From: Chiloscyllium plagiosum
Taxonomy: Eukaryota
Length of the DNA: 34,233 bases
Direction: 5' to 3'
Assembly (NCBI RefSeq): GCF_004010195.1
Contig: NW_025214389.1
Span: 8,587 to 42,819 of the forward strand
Shown one piece after another: positions 33,870-34,233 of the stretch. Below the pieces are notes generated by a model. That model did not search any database and had not been told where the DNA came from. It saw only the letters and a program-made list of their open reading frames with translations. Each line of letters starts with the position of its first letter. Positions within the stretch are counted from its first letter, which is position 1. The position numbers were made by a program, and so were the translations under genes.

Positions 33870-34233
33870 TCAGATAATGAGTGCGTCCACGAGATATCCA
33901 GAAGCTATTTCGTTACATAGTATCACGGTTAAAAGAATTGTTGGAAAGTTACTCCTTTTTTTGCGGAATGCGTACCATCCGCAAAGACACAAAGTTAAGT
34001 AAAGTTACTTATTGAAGTTATGGACAGCTGTGGAATAAAACCGTTCAAATCCATTGCTTACCATCCAGAATTGCAGGGAGTATTAGAATGGTTGATTAAA
34101 AATTCAAAGACCATGTTGAGAGCCTGTACTCAAGAAATTCCAGTGGATTATAATAAGGAATTCCATTTGCACAGTTTGCAATAAACGAATGCACCAAATG
34201 AATCTACCTAATTCTGTATGAATTAGATTCTGG
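33870..34233 (+). mobile_element. Gypsy LTR-retrotransposon integrase core (rve) remnant
   Basis: IMSASTRYPEAISLHSITVKRIV; GIKPFKSIAYHPELQGVLE..KTMLRA; then GIPFAQFAI and PNEST; frameshifted. Confidence 0.85.

Overview
Repeat-saturated vertebrate DNA from a draft assembly with three N-gaps. It is most likely a shark: HE1 SINEs, DeuSINE/SacSINE1-like SINEs and HER1/CR1 LINEs are present, and a bamboo-shark-like origin is my inference. No intact host protein-coding gene, rRNA, tRNA or CRISPR array is supportable. Most of the window is nested, decayed CR1-type LINEs on both strands, three of which retain ORF1 (SGNH esterase-like), endonuclease and 5' tandem repeats. Also present: SINEs, a solo LTR, a split Gypsy integrase, a decayed Harbinger-type Myb/SANT ORF and a ~37-bp minisatellite spread over ~12 kb. 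Five Penelope-like (PLE) insertions carry minimal hammerhead ribozyme motifs of two families, four of them as short inverted repeats that fold back at the ribozyme. One apparently unique island (10.9-11.9 kb) shows minus-strand exon/intron signals but no open frame. Element boundaries are approximate and were recognised by eye, without database searches.
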